This document shows, in pieces, positions 39,203 to 47,636 of a stretch of 64,000 bases of DNA. Below the pieces are notes generated by a model. That model was not told where the DNA came from, did not search any database, and was given only the letters and a program-made list of their open reading frames with translations. A program made the translations under genes and the position numbers. The DNA is from Parcubacteria group bacterium (GTDB lineage: Bacteria; Patescibacteriota; Patescibacteriia; UBA2169): positions 18,733 to 82,732 of the forward strand of contig JACOYR010000005.1 of NCBI GenBank assembly GCA_016181765.1, read 5' to 3'. Every line of letters starts with the position of its first letter. The stretch's first letter is position 1.

Positions 39203-39568
39203 ATGGAGGAGGAATACAAAATTAGATACTACATGAACAGCCGGACAGGAGAAGAACCGACGGTTGAATATGTGGAAAATCTCGACAGTAAGAGCAGAGG
39301 TAAAGTTAAAAAGTATGTTGAATATTTGCGGTTATGCGAAGGATATTTAGATGAACCATACTCGCGGCATATAACCGGTAAAATTAGAGAACTGCGAGTT
39401 GATTTTTCCAACAATCGCCACAGAATTTTTTACTTCACATTTATCAAAAAGACCATTATTTTATTGCATGGCTATACCAAAAAGACGCCGAAAGCGCCGG
39501 AAAGTGAAATTAAAAAAGCCGTTGAAAATTATTATGATGTTATAAATAATCCGCAACTATATGAATAA
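39203..39568 (+). CDS. RelE/HigB (Gp49-like) toxin
   Basis: EPYSRHITGKIRELRV..RIFYF..IILLHGYTKKTPKAP..EIKKA. Confidence 0.9.
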   Translation: MEEEYKIRYYMNSRTGEEPTVEYVENLDSKSRGKVKKYVEYLRLCEGYLDEPYSRHITGKIRELRVDFSNNRHRIFYFTFIKKTIILLHGYTKKTPKAPESEIKKAVENYYDVINNPQLYE

Positions 39569-39860
39569 GAATGATAAAAAATTCAAGGCAACCGATTGGC
39601 AGGAGATGTTGGCCAAGGATTTAAAAAATCCCGTATTCAAGCGCTATTACGACGAGTTCGGCAAGCAACTGGAGATTTCGTACAACCTGCTCTTGATGCG
39701 CAAAAAGGCGCGCATGAGCCAGGCTCAGCTCGCCAAAAAGCTCGGCACCACCCAGAGCAATGTGGCGCGCATGGAGGCGGGAAACCAGAACTTCACGCTT
39801 GGCATGCTCCAGCGAATTGCGGATGCGTTCGGGAAAGATTTGAATGTTTCGTTCGGGTAG
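39561..39860 (+). CDS. XRE-family HTH antitoxin (HigA-like)
   Basis: RKKARMSQAQLAKKLGTTQSNVARMEAGNQN; toxin-first order. Confidence 0.9.
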   Translation: MNKNDKKFKATDWQEMLAKDLKNPVFKRYYDEFGKQLEISYNLLLMRKKARMSQAQLAKKLGTTQSNVARMEAGNQNFTLGMLQRIADAFGKDLNVSFG

Positions 39861-39864
39861 TAGT

Positions 39865-40203
39865 ATGAGTGCCTGGAGTTTTGCCATTGTCAATGGGCGG
39901 CTCGCTGAAGTGCATTTTGATGAACGCAAAAAAATCTATGGACACTGCTACGTGGCTCGCGAAGAGTATAAAACCAAACAGGAACTGCGATGGATTGATG
40001 AAGACACCAAACGGTTGAGAATCGTGTACCGGAATAAAAAGTATAGGCAGGTTGAAAAAATGAAAAACGGGAAACTCGCGTTGGTTAAGCATCTCAAAAT
40101 AGCCCACTTCGATACCTCAAAGAAGAATATGTCGCCTGCATTTGATATGGCTCCCGATGCGATTGTGTGGCTGAATAGGGATAGGAAAACAAAAACAAGG
40201 TGA
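39865..40203 (+). CDS. Hypothetical basic protein
   Basis: MSAWSFAIVNGRLAEVHF..GHCYV; 4 nt after the antitoxin. Confidence 0.65.
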   Translation: MSAWSFAIVNGRLAEVHFDERKKIYGHCYVAREEYKTKQELRWIDEDTKRLRIVYRNKKYRQVEKMKNGKLALVKHLKIAHFDTSKKNMSPAFDMAPDAIVWLNRDRKTKTR

Positions 40204-40208
40204 GATAG

Positions 40209-40250
40209 GTGGAGGTGGATGCGGAGCGGGGAGTGGTGCGGAAGATTTGA
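40209..40250 (+). pseudogene. 3'-terminal remnant of a third His-swivel gene
   Basis: Translates to VEVDAERGVVRKI*, compared with IEVDAEKGIVRKL* at 39167. Confidence 0.7.
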
Positions 40251-40253
40251 CAG

Positions 40254-41384
40254 CTACACCAGCTCCCAGTGCGCATTCGCGGTCAGTTTGGCGGGATCGT
40301 CAAACTGTTTTTTTGCGATTTTGCGGTACGCGCTAACGGCAATCATGGCGCCGTTGTCCTGGGAGTAGGAAAGCGGAGAGATAAACAGATTGGTGTTCTT
40401 AGGAAGTTTTTTTTCCAGTTGAGTTCTCAATTCTGTATTTGCCGCAACGCCGCCCGCGAGAATGAAAGTCTTGGGTTTGGTTTGTGCGATTGCAATCAGG
40501 GATTTGGTGATGAGGATATCAACGATTGCCTGCTGGATGGAGGCTGCCAAGTCAGCTACGATGTCATTCTGGAGCCGCGTATTCGCGGCGATAGAATCCC
40601 GTGGATTGTTCGCGGAGATCCTATCGTCCGCTGCGCGGCCTCCAGGATGACGGGTTGATTTGAGACCTTCAACCAACAACCTAATGGCGTTTTTCATGCC
40701 GGAGAAAGAAAACTCGCAATCATTCCGTTCAATCATGGGCCTAGGAATCTCAAAACTCTCCGAGTCGCCTTTTTCTGCCGCTTTGGAAATAGAAGGTCCC
40801 CCGGGATAAGGAAGGCCGAGCATGAACGCGGCTTTGTCAAACGCTTCGCCCGCGGCATCGTCCCGTGTTTTGCCGAGGAGTTGGTACTCTCCGTGGCCGG
40901 GCATGAGAATCAATTCTGTGTGCCCGCCCGAAACAATCAAAGCAACCGCGGGGAATTTGATTTTTGCGGTAGCGCCGAAACCACCCCCTGACCCCCTCCT
41001 GTGTACAGGAGGGGGAGGCAATAGCACGGAGTAGATGTGGCCTTCCATGTGGTTCGTGCCAACCAGGGGCACGCTCCAGGCGAGAGAAAGGGTTTTTGCG
41101 GTTTCAACGCCAACATGCAATGAGGTCACGAGGCCCGGGCCTCTGGTCACAGCGATTGCATCAAGCGCGGATGGTTTGGTGTTGCCGAGTGCCTCATGAA
41201 CCGCGGGAATGATATTTTTCAAATGGTTGCGCGCCGCAAGCTCGGGCACCACGCCGCCGTACTTGTTGTGCAGCTTTGCCTGGGAGATGATCACATTTTT
41301 TCGTACGTAAAATTTACCGCCTCTGGCTTCCACCAGGGCAACACCCGTATCATCGCATGAGGTTTCAATACCCAGTATCATCAT
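40254..41384 (-). CDS. tsaD: tRNA threonylcarbamoyltransferase TsaD with two in-frame palindromic insertions
   Basis: LGIETSCDDT, GGVVPE, NHMEGH, VSGGHT, DDAAGEAFDK, GGVAAN, DNGAMIA. Confidence 0.97.
   Translation of the reverse strand: MMILGIETSCDDTGVALVEARGGKFYVRKNVIISQAKLHNKYGGVVPELAARNHLKNIIPAVHEALGNTKPSALDAIAVTRGPGLVTSLHVGVETAKTLSLAWSVPLVGTNHMEGHIYSVLLPPPPVHRRGSGGGFGATAKIKFPAVALIVSGGHTELILMPGHGEYQLLGKTRDDAAGEAFDKAAFMLGLPYPGGPSISKAAEKGDSESFEIPRPMIERNDCEFSFSGMKNAIRLLVEGLKSTRHPGGRAADDRISANNPRDSIAANTRLQNDIVADLAASIQQAIVDILITKSLIAIAQTKPKTFILAGGVAANTELRTQLEKKLPKNTNLFISPLSYSQDNGAMIAVSAYRKIAKKQFDDPAKLTANAHWELV
40563..40651. repeat. Palindromic (RPE/REP-like) element inside tsaD
   Basis: GTCATTCTGGAG/CTCCAGGATGAC termini; inner CGATAGAATC/GATCCTATCG; side hairpin CCGCG-TATT-CGCGG. 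Confidence 0.8.
40980..41016. repeat. C/G-tract hairpin element inside tsaD
   Basis: CCCCCTCCTGT-GT-ACAGGAGGGGG preceded by ACCACCCCCTGA. Confidence 0.7.
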
Positions 41385-41968
41385 AGTTTGTTGATGCAGA
41401 CGAGGTAGGTTTCAAAACTGCGTTCCCGCGAGGCTTTTGGCTTGTAGAGGCGTACCTGCTTGAACATGCGTTCAGCGCGTTTCATCAAGTTTTTGGTTTC
41501 AGAACTCTGGAAGAGTTTGGCAACCAGGCTGCCTCCTGCCGCGAGATGCGTTGCCGCAAGCTCCAGGCTGCGTTCAACCAATTCTAAGGACTTTGCCTGA
41601 TCCCGGTCTTTGATGCCGCTCGTGTTCGGGGCAGCGTCAGAGAGTATTGCGTCAAATGGCCCATAGTCCGCCAACATGCCGCTTAAGCCAGGAGAGAGAA
41701 TATCCTCCTGCAGCGCAACCACGTTTTTTGCGCGGTACGCGATGGGTGAAATATCAACCCCGACCGCGCGGCCGGACGTTTCCACCAGCTCGCTTGCCAC
41801 CTGCAGCCATGAGCCGGGAGATGCGCCCAAATCAAGCACCGCATTCCCGGGGCGTATGAGGGCGTACTTGTCAGCGATTGCCTTAAGCTTGTAGGCGCTG
41901 CGCGCCAAATACCCTTCGGAGCGGGCCTTCCGCGCGTATGCGTCATTGGGAATGAATGGTTTTACCAT
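41381..41968 (-). CDS. rlmE: 23S rRNA U2552 2'-O-methyltransferase (FtsJ/RlmE)
   Basis: YLARSAYKL, LDLGASPGSWLQ, LSDAAPNTSG, AKLF, KPKASR..ETY. Confidence 0.93.
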   Translation of the reverse strand: MVKPFIPNDAYARKARSEGYLARSAYKLKAIADKYALIRPGNAVLDLGASPGSWLQVASELVETSGRAVGVDISPIAYRAKNVVALQEDILSPGLSGMLADYGPFDAILSDAAPNTSGIKDRDQAKSLELVERSLELAATHLAAGGSLVAKLFQSSETKNLMKRAERMFKQVRLYKPKASRERSFETYLVCINKL

Positions 41969-41994
41969 ACCAGTACTATACCACGGCCCGGGGA

Positions 41995-42031
41995 CAACAA
42001 AAGCCCCAGCGTGCGCCAGGGCTTTTGTTGT
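41995..42031 (-). terminator. Intrinsic terminator after the acidic micro-ORF
   Basis: ACAACAAAAGCCC/GGGCTTTTGTTGT inverted repeat. Confidence 0.7.
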
Positions 42032-42040
42032 TAGGTCGTC

Positions 42041-42127
42041 TTAAGCGTCGCCGCCTTCACCTTCTTCGCCAGCGCCTTCATCCGTGCCATCGCCTGCGCC
42101 TTCTTCGTCATCTTGGAAAATAATCAT
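42041..42127 (-). CDS. 28-aa highly acidic micropeptide (absent from ORF track)
   Basis: MIIFQDDEEGAGDGTDEGAGEEGEGGDA; GAGGAG SD upstream; terminator directly downstream. Confidence 0.5.
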   Translation of the reverse strand: MIIFQDDEEGAGDGTDEGAGEEGEGGDA

Positions 42128-42249
42128 AACGATTATCTCCTCTGCGCGCCTGTTGCGCGGAATGGGTCCGCGAGCCAGGCCAGGCAATGGTTTTGCGTCA
42201 ATCAGCGCTCATCCACAACTGTGCAAAAATCATCTTGACAGTAAAAATT

Positions 42250-42324
42250 TGGTACCGCTACGGGGAATCGGACCCCGATTACCAGGATGAAAACCTGGCG
42301 TCCTAACCATTAGACGATAGCGGC
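42250..42324 (-). tRNA. tRNA-Glu(TTC)
   Basis: Cloverleaf; CCAGG-TT-TTC-AT-CCTGG; encoded CCA. Confidence 0.95.
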
Positions 42325-42328
42325 GCGG

Positions 42329-42452
42329 CGTCAGAGTCGGGGCTTCGGCTTACGTGTGCTGCTTACGCAGCCCACTCCAGCCTCGGCCCGCCTCTTCCTT
42401 TCGGATTTTTCCTTAACTCGCGAGTACGCGAGCCCAAGGAAAAATCCGGAGA
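42329..42452 (-). repeat. Structured tRNA-leader element, copy C
   Basis: Stem CGGATTTTTCCTT/AAGGAAAAATCCG, GGAAGAGGCGGGC, ends CTCTGACG 4 nt before tRNA-Glu. Confidence 0.8.
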
Positions 42453-42472
42453 GAAAATCCAAGAACATAGCG

Positions 42473-42501
42473 AGTATACAAAGTTTTTGGTTTTTGGTCA
42501 A
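42473..42501 (-). promoter_or_regulatory. Sigma70 promoter of tRNA-Glu
   Basis: TTGACC-17 nt-TATACT. Confidence 0.7.
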
Positions 42502-42567
42502 ATTGCTATTGTTGCGGGAGGATTTTTTTAGTATACTTACGGGAGTTACGCATTAACCGCAAGAGCT

Positions 42568-43053
42568 ATGGTGCATTTTCTCAACAAATTGATTGGCATC
42601 AAGGAGGGGGAAGAAGAGGAGGTGGCGGCAGGCTCCGGGGAAGGGGGGCTGGAACGCGATTCCGATTCCGCATCCGCGGGCAAAGGCGGCGAAAAAGAGA
42701 AGGGCTGGCTTGATGAAAACTACGAGGGCCAGCTCTCGGTTGACGTGTACGGCACCGAGAGCGAGGTGGTGGTGGTTTCTACCATAGCGGGGGTCAAGCC
42801 CGAGGATATAGACATTGCCATCAACAACGACATGCTCACCATCCGCGGCCAGCGTTCCCAGGAAAAAGAGGATTCCGTTTCAGACCACTATTACCAGGAG
42901 TGCTACTGGGGCGGATTTTCGCGCTCCATCATCCTGCCGGTTGAGGTGGAGGCGGACAAGGTGTCCGCAAGCCTCAAGAACGGGGTGCTCGTTGTGCGCT
43001 TGCCGCGGGCGCGCAAGTCCAAGAGCATTTCCGTGCGCGTGAAAGAGGAGTAG
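42568..43053 (+). CDS. Hsp20/alpha-crystallin small heat-shock protein
   Basis: EGQLSVDVY, IAGVKPEDIDI, LTIRGQR, ECYWGGFSRSIILP, ASLKNGVL, ISV tail. Confidence 0.95.
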   Translation: MVHFLNKLIGIKEGEEEEVAAGSGEGGLERDSDSASAGKGGEKEKGWLDENYEGQLSVDVYGTESEVVVVSTIAGVKPEDIDIAINNDMLTIRGQRSQEKEDSVSDHYYQECYWGGFSRSIILPVEVEADKVSASLKNGVLVVRLPRARKSKSISVRVKEE

Positions 43054-43056
43054 GGT

Positions 43057-43257
43057 ATGCAGGCAAAGGTGGTGCACCATGCAGGAATGTATCGCCTGGC
43101 GTTGCCTGACGGCACGTCAGTGGCTTTGGATTCATCCGCCATTCCCAAGGCATTGGCCCAGGGCGGCGACTGCCAGATCGTGGTGGTGCCGGCCGGGGAG
43201 AGCGTGCCGGACGCGCAAGGGCGCGAACTGTTGAACCAACTATTACATACCGCATAA
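43057..43257 (+). CDS. Hypothetical protein (66 aa)
   Basis: Operon spacing between hsp20 and the VanW gene; ends RELLNQLL. Confidence 0.6.
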   Translation: MQAKVVHHAGMYRLALPDGTSVALDSSAIPKALAQGGDCQIVVVPAGESVPDAQGRELLNQLLHTA

Positions 43258-43281
43258 CGTAACGCCCTTTTTGAGCGCGCC

Positions 43282-45153
43282 ATGTGGGATTCCATAAAAA
43301 AGCATATACGGCATAACGCCTGGGAACGGCTCCTCGTGGTTTGCATTGTTGTTGCCGCGGTTGCGGTTGGGGCGTCCGCGGCGTACGCAGCCGTGTACCG
43401 GGATCGCGTGTACCCGGGCGTGTTCATTGGATCCTACCCGGTCGGGGGGCTCTCGGAGGGCGAAGCCCGGGAGCGCATTGCCGCATCCAGTGATGCGCTT
43501 GACCAGAGCGGGCTTATGTTCGTGTTCCGCGACCGCAAGGTGAACGTTCCCACGGTGGTCGCGACTACCGAGGATCCCGACCTCTCGTACCCTTTGATTA
43601 ATTATGACGTTGACTCAACCGCAGATGAAGCGCTTGCATACGGGAGGGAGGGCGGCGTGCTGCGGCAGTGGCAGGAGCGGGGAGCGGGGCTCATCGGCCG
43701 CGCGGCCGTGGTCCCGCATTACAGCTGGAAGCAGGACATCATTGCCGAGCTCCTGCGCAAAAATCTTTCGTCTTTGGAAGAGCCCCGCCGCGAGGCCCAG
43801 CTCGCCATTGAGAATGGGGTTGCCCATATTGTGCCGGAGCGGGAGGGCATTGTGTTTGATTACGGACGCGCGCTCGCGGACGCGCGAATACAGCTTGAAT
43901 CGCTTGCGTTCTCTCCGATTCCCCTCAAGCTCAAGCGCGACGTTCCGCTCCTCACCGCGTCCGCTTCCGAACCCCTGCTGCCCGAGGTCCAAAAGGCGCT
44001 GTTTAGCTCCGGAGCTTCCATCCAGTATCAGGGCAAGTCCTGGTACTGGCCGGCCGCAGCGCTGAACAGCCTGATTGAGATTAGGATCAACACCGAGGGC
44101 AGTGCGGAGCTCGGGTTTAACTATGAGCGGTTTTCGGAGCTGCTTGCGCCCATTGCCCAGGAGATTAATGTAGAGGTCCAGGAGCCTAAGTTCGCAATAC
44201 AAGGCGAGAAAGTGGTTGAGTTCAAAACTCCGGCCCCCGGCCAAAAAGTGGCGCTTAGCCACACCTTTACGACCTGGGAGCACGCTCTGCTTTTTAACCG
44301 CAGCGAGACTGTTGAGCCGGCCGTGGAAACCATTGAGCCGAGCCAGGGCATCGCTGACATCAACGATTTGGGCATCACCGAGCTCTTGGGCGTTGGCACG
44401 TCAAGTTTTGCGGGATCCCCGGCAAATAGGCGGCACAACATTGCGGTTGGCGCTGCCGCAGTGAACGGCAGCCTGGTTGCTCCGGGCGAGGAGTTCTCCC
44501 TGCTCAAAACACTTGGCACAGTTGATGCCAAAGCAGGGTATTTGCCCGAGCTCGTCATCAAAGGCAACAAGACTGTGCCCGAGTACGGCGGGGGCCTCTG
44601 CCAGATCGGCACCACCACGTTCCGCGGCACCTTGGCTGCGGGATTGCCCGTGACCGCGCGCCAGAACCACTCGTACACAGTGTCGTACTACTTTGACGAG
44701 AAGGGCCTGCCCGGCACGGACGCCACCATCTATGACCCAGCGCCTGATTACCGCTTTAAGAACGACACCAAAAATTACGTGCTCATTGCCACGCGCATAG
44801 AAGGGGACGAACTTTTTTTTGAGTACTGGGGAACCAAAGACGGCCGCACTGCCACGCAGTCGGACACGCGCATCTGGGACCGCGTGCCCCCGCCCCCCAC
44901 CAAGTACATTGAAACGCTGGATCTGCCGGTCGGAAAGACCAAGTGCACCGAGACTCCGCACGCGGGCGTGAAAGCCGCGTTTGACTACGCCATCACGTAC
45001 GCGGATGGGACCATTGATGAAACCACATTTACGAGCCAGTACCGGCCGTGGCAGGAGGTGTGTTTGATTGGCGTGGAAACGCTCTCCGAGGAACTGGACG
45101 AGCAGGGCCTTGAACTGGAAGACGCCGACATTTCCGCCGGAACTGTTGAGTAA
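43282..45153 (+). CDS. VanW family membrane-anchored protein with peptidoglycan-binding repeats
   Basis: N-terminal TM, VYPGVFIG, NRRHNI, GEEFSL, GGGLCQIGTT, ARQNHS, GTDATIY, RFKNDT. Confidence 0.92.
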   Translation: MWDSIKKHIRHNAWERLLVVCIVVAAVAVGASAAYAAVYRDRVYPGVFIGSYPVGGLSEGEARERIAASSDALDQSGLMFVFRDRKVNVPTVVATTEDPDLSYPLINYDVDSTADEALAYGREGGVLRQWQERGAGLIGRAAVVPHYSWKQDIIAELLRKNLSSLEEPRREAQLAIENGVAHIVPEREGIVFDYGRALADARIQLESLAFSPIPLKLKRDVPLLTASASEPLLPEVQKALFSSGASIQYQGKSWYWPAAALNSLIEIRINTEGSAELGFNYERFSELLAPIAQEINVEVQEPKFAIQGEKVVEFKTPAPGQKVALSHTFTTWEHALLFNRSETVEPAVETIEPSQGIADINDLGITELLGVGTSSFAGSPANRRHNIAVGAAAVNGSLVAPGEEFSLLKTLGTVDAKAGYLPELVIKGNKTVPEYGGGLCQIGTTTFRGTLAAGLPVTARQNHSYTVSYYFDEKGLPGTDATIYDPAPDYRFKNDTKNYVLIATRIEGDELFFEYWGTKDGRTATQSDTRIWDRVPPPPTKYIETLDLPVGKTKCTETPHAGVKAAFDYAITYADGTIDETTFTSQYRPWQEVCLIGVETLSEELDEQGLELEDADISAGTVE

Positions 45154-45154
45154 A

Positions 45155-45316
45155 AACTAAAAACCGCCCAACACTGCAGTCAAGAAGATAATTTCTAAGA
45201 GAATGGCAGCTAAAGCCGCTATTCCTTATGAAGACTATCCCCATGCTTGTCGTGACTGCAGTGTTGGGCGGTTTTCAATGAGTGTGCCTGGAGATTTGTT
45301 TCTTTTTTGGGGACAA
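45155..45316 (-). ncRNA. Candidate small RNA (long hairpin with own promoter and U-tail)
   Basis: Minus-strand TTGACA-17 nt-TAGAAT at 45351-45323; perfect 23-bp inverted repeat 45160-45182/45253-45275; no credible minus-strand ORF. Confidence 0.5.
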
Positions 45317-45322
45317 GAAAGC

Positions 45323-45366
45323 ATTCTATCATACCCCTTGACGTCTGTCAAGGCATGCGCTAAAAT
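45323..45366. promoter_or_regulatory. Overlapping divergent sigma70 promoters
   Basis: Plus TTGACG-17-TAAAAT and minus TTGACA-17-TAGAAT sharing CCTTGAC-GTCT-GTCAAGG. Confidence 0.65.
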
Positions 45367-45389
45367 CACCTACTTAACCACATACGCAT

Positions 45390-46421
45390 ATGATGACCAT
45401 CAGCCAAATTTATAATCTTGCGGTCTCCGAGGGAATCAGCAAGGATCTGCGCGGTCCGGCTCGGGTTCGCGAGCTTTTGAAGCGCGCCAAGTCAAAGTTT
45501 GAGAAGCTCTCGGACGAGAGCAAGGAGGCGTTTGACCAGGAGTCCCTTGCCAATCCCTACTCTGACACGCGCGTGTTCCACGGGGACCTCGGAACCCGCG
45601 TCAAAAAGGCCATGGTTGGCGTTGACATTGATACCGGGGAGGTGATGCTCGCGAACGAGCTCAACCGCCGCAATCCGCAAAGCCCCATTGATTTGATTAT
45701 CAGCCACCACCCGCTCTCGGGCGGCTTGGCTGGTTTGCACGAGGTCATGGATTTGCAGATTGAGCTCTTGGCGCACTACGGAGTTCCCATCAACATTGCG
45801 GACAAGCTCACGCGCCAGCGTATCGGCCAGGTTGAGCGCAGCGTGTCGCCCGCAAACCACGGCCAGTCCGTTGACGCGGCAAAGCTTCTCGGGTTTCCCA
45901 TTATGAGCGTGCACACGCCGACCGACAACCACGTTGCGTCGTACTTGTACAAGGAAATCAAGAAGCGCGAGAAAGAACTGGTGTACGTAAGCGATGTGAT
46001 GCAATTTTTGAAGACCATCCCCGAGTACCGGGAAGCGGCCAAGCAGAAAGCGGGCCCCAAGATTTTTACGGGCTCTCCGGAGAGCTTTGCCGGCAGAATC
46101 GCGGTCACCGAGGTCACGGGCGGCACGGACGGGGCAAAGGAAATCTACGAGCGCTTGGCGCACGCGGGGGTGGGCACCATCATCTCCATGCACCAGCGCG
46201 AGGAGTGGAAAGAAGAGGCTGCCAAGCACCACATCAACGTCATCGTTGCGGGCCACATGTCATCCGATTCGCTCGGACTGAACCTTTTCCTGGATAACCT
46301 GGAGAAGAAGGGCGTGGAAATCGTGCCATGCTCGGGCCTGATCCGCGTGTCCCGCGCGGGCAAAACCTCACCGGCGCGCGGCGCATCAAAGCCGCGGTCC
46401 CGCGTCCGTCCGCGGTGGTAA
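45390..46421 (+). CDS. NIF3-like dinuclear metal-centre protein
   Basis: NPYSDTR, GVDID, IISHHP, SVHTPTDN, ISMH, AGHMSSDSLGLN. Confidence 0.82.
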   Translation: MMTISQIYNLAVSEGISKDLRGPARVRELLKRAKSKFEKLSDESKEAFDQESLANPYSDTRVFHGDLGTRVKKAMVGVDIDTGEVMLANELNRRNPQSPIDLIISHHPLSGGLAGLHEVMDLQIELLAHYGVPINIADKLTRQRIGQVERSVSPANHGQSVDAAKLLGFPIMSVHTPTDNHVASYLYKEIKKREKELVYVSDVMQFLKTIPEYREAAKQKAGPKIFTGSPESFAGRIAVTEVTGGTDGAKEIYERLAHAGVGTIISMHQREEWKEEAAKHHINVIVAGHMSSDSLGLNLFLDNLEKKGVEIVPCSGLIRVSRAGKTSPARGASKPRSRVRPRW

Positions 46422-46429
46422 GCTGTATT

Positions 46430-46466
46430 TTAAAAGAGCCTGCCTTATCGGCGGGCTCTTTTTTAA
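46430..46466 (+). terminator. Intrinsic terminator
   Basis: AAAAGAGCCTGCC/GGCGGGCTCTTTT followed by T run. Confidence 0.7.
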
Positions 46467-46495
46467 CCCATGAATCCGTGGTAAGCTGATAAACT

Positions 46496-47518
46496 ATGGA
46501 AGAAGAGCGCATCATATCATCACAGGTCCGGAACCAGGAAGATACAGTGCTTGACGTGACCTTACGCCCCAGGCGCCTTGTTGAATATATCGGCCAGGCC
46601 AAGGTAAAGCAGAACCTTGAGATTTTTATGGCTGCCGCAAAAAAGCGCGGGGAGCCTATTGAGCACGTGCTTTTGTACGGGCCGCCCGGATTGGGCAAGA
46701 CCACGCTTGCCGGGGTCATTGCCAACGAGATGGGTGTTTCCATCCGCGTCACGAGCGGACCTGCCATGGAGCGCGCTGGGGACGTGGCCGCAATCCTCAC
46801 CAACCTCCAGGAGGGGGACATCCTCTTTATAGACGAAATCCACCGCCTGCCCAAAACCGTGGAAGAGGTTCTGTATCCGGCAATGGAGGATTATTCGCTT
46901 GACCTCATCGTGGGCAAGGGGCCCTCGGCGCGGGTATTAAAGCTTGACCTTCCGCGCTTCACGCTCATCGGGGCGACCACGCGTATCAGCATGCTCTCGT
47001 CCCCGTTGCGCGACCGGTTCGGCGCCGTGTACCCGTTGAGCTTTTATGAGGAGGATGAAATCGGTAGCATCATAGCGCGGAGCGCGAACATACTCAAGAT
47101 CAATGTTGAAAGACAAGCGAACACAATTATTGCTCAACGCGCGCGCCGCACCCCGAGAGTCGCAAACCGGCTCTTAAAGCGCGTGCGCGACTACGCGGAC
47201 GTGAAAGCAGACGGCATCGTGACCGAGAACCTTGCGTATGACGCTCTTGATTTGCTTGAGGTGGACGCGCTGGGGCTTGATACGGTTGATCGGAAAATTC
47301 TCACTGCCATTATTGAGAAGTTCGGGGGCGGGCCGGTTGGCCTCGGGACCCTTGCCGCGGCAACCAGCGAGGAAGAGGCAACCATTGAAGACATCTACGA
47401 ACCGTTCCTTATGCAGCTCGGATTTTTGGAGCGCACGCCGCGCGGCAGAATGACCACGGACCGTTGCCACGAGCACCTGGGAGTGTCCCTTGATGCTGTG
47501 CCAAGATTGTTCGCATAG
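46496..47518 (+). CDS. ruvB: Holliday junction branch migration helicase
   Basis: [40 protein letters not shown]. Confidence 0.98.
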   Translation: MEEERIISSQVRNQEDTVLDVTLRPRRLVEYIGQAKVKQNLEIFMAAAKKRGEPIEHVLLYGPPGLGKTTLAGVIANEMGVSIRVTSGPAMERAGDVAAILTNLQEGDILFIDEIHRLPKTVEEVLYPAMEDYSLDLIVGKGPSARVLKLDLPRFTLIGATTRISMLSSPLRDRFGAVYPLSFYEEDEIGSIIARSANILKINVERQANTIIAQRARRTPRVANRLLKRVRDYADVKADGIVTENLAYDALDLLEVDALGLDTVDRKILTAIIEKFGGGPVGLGTLAAATSEEEATIEDIYEPFLMQLGFLERTPRGRMTTDRCHEHLGVSLDAVPRLFA

Positions 47519-47636
47519 GGGTTGCTTTTTTCGGTTAGTTGTGCTATACTGACAATAGTTAAGTTTCCCAGACAGGCACCGAAGCGCATTCGGTGTCTTT
47601 TTGCGTTTAGCGCTCCTATGGGGCCCTAAACGCAAT

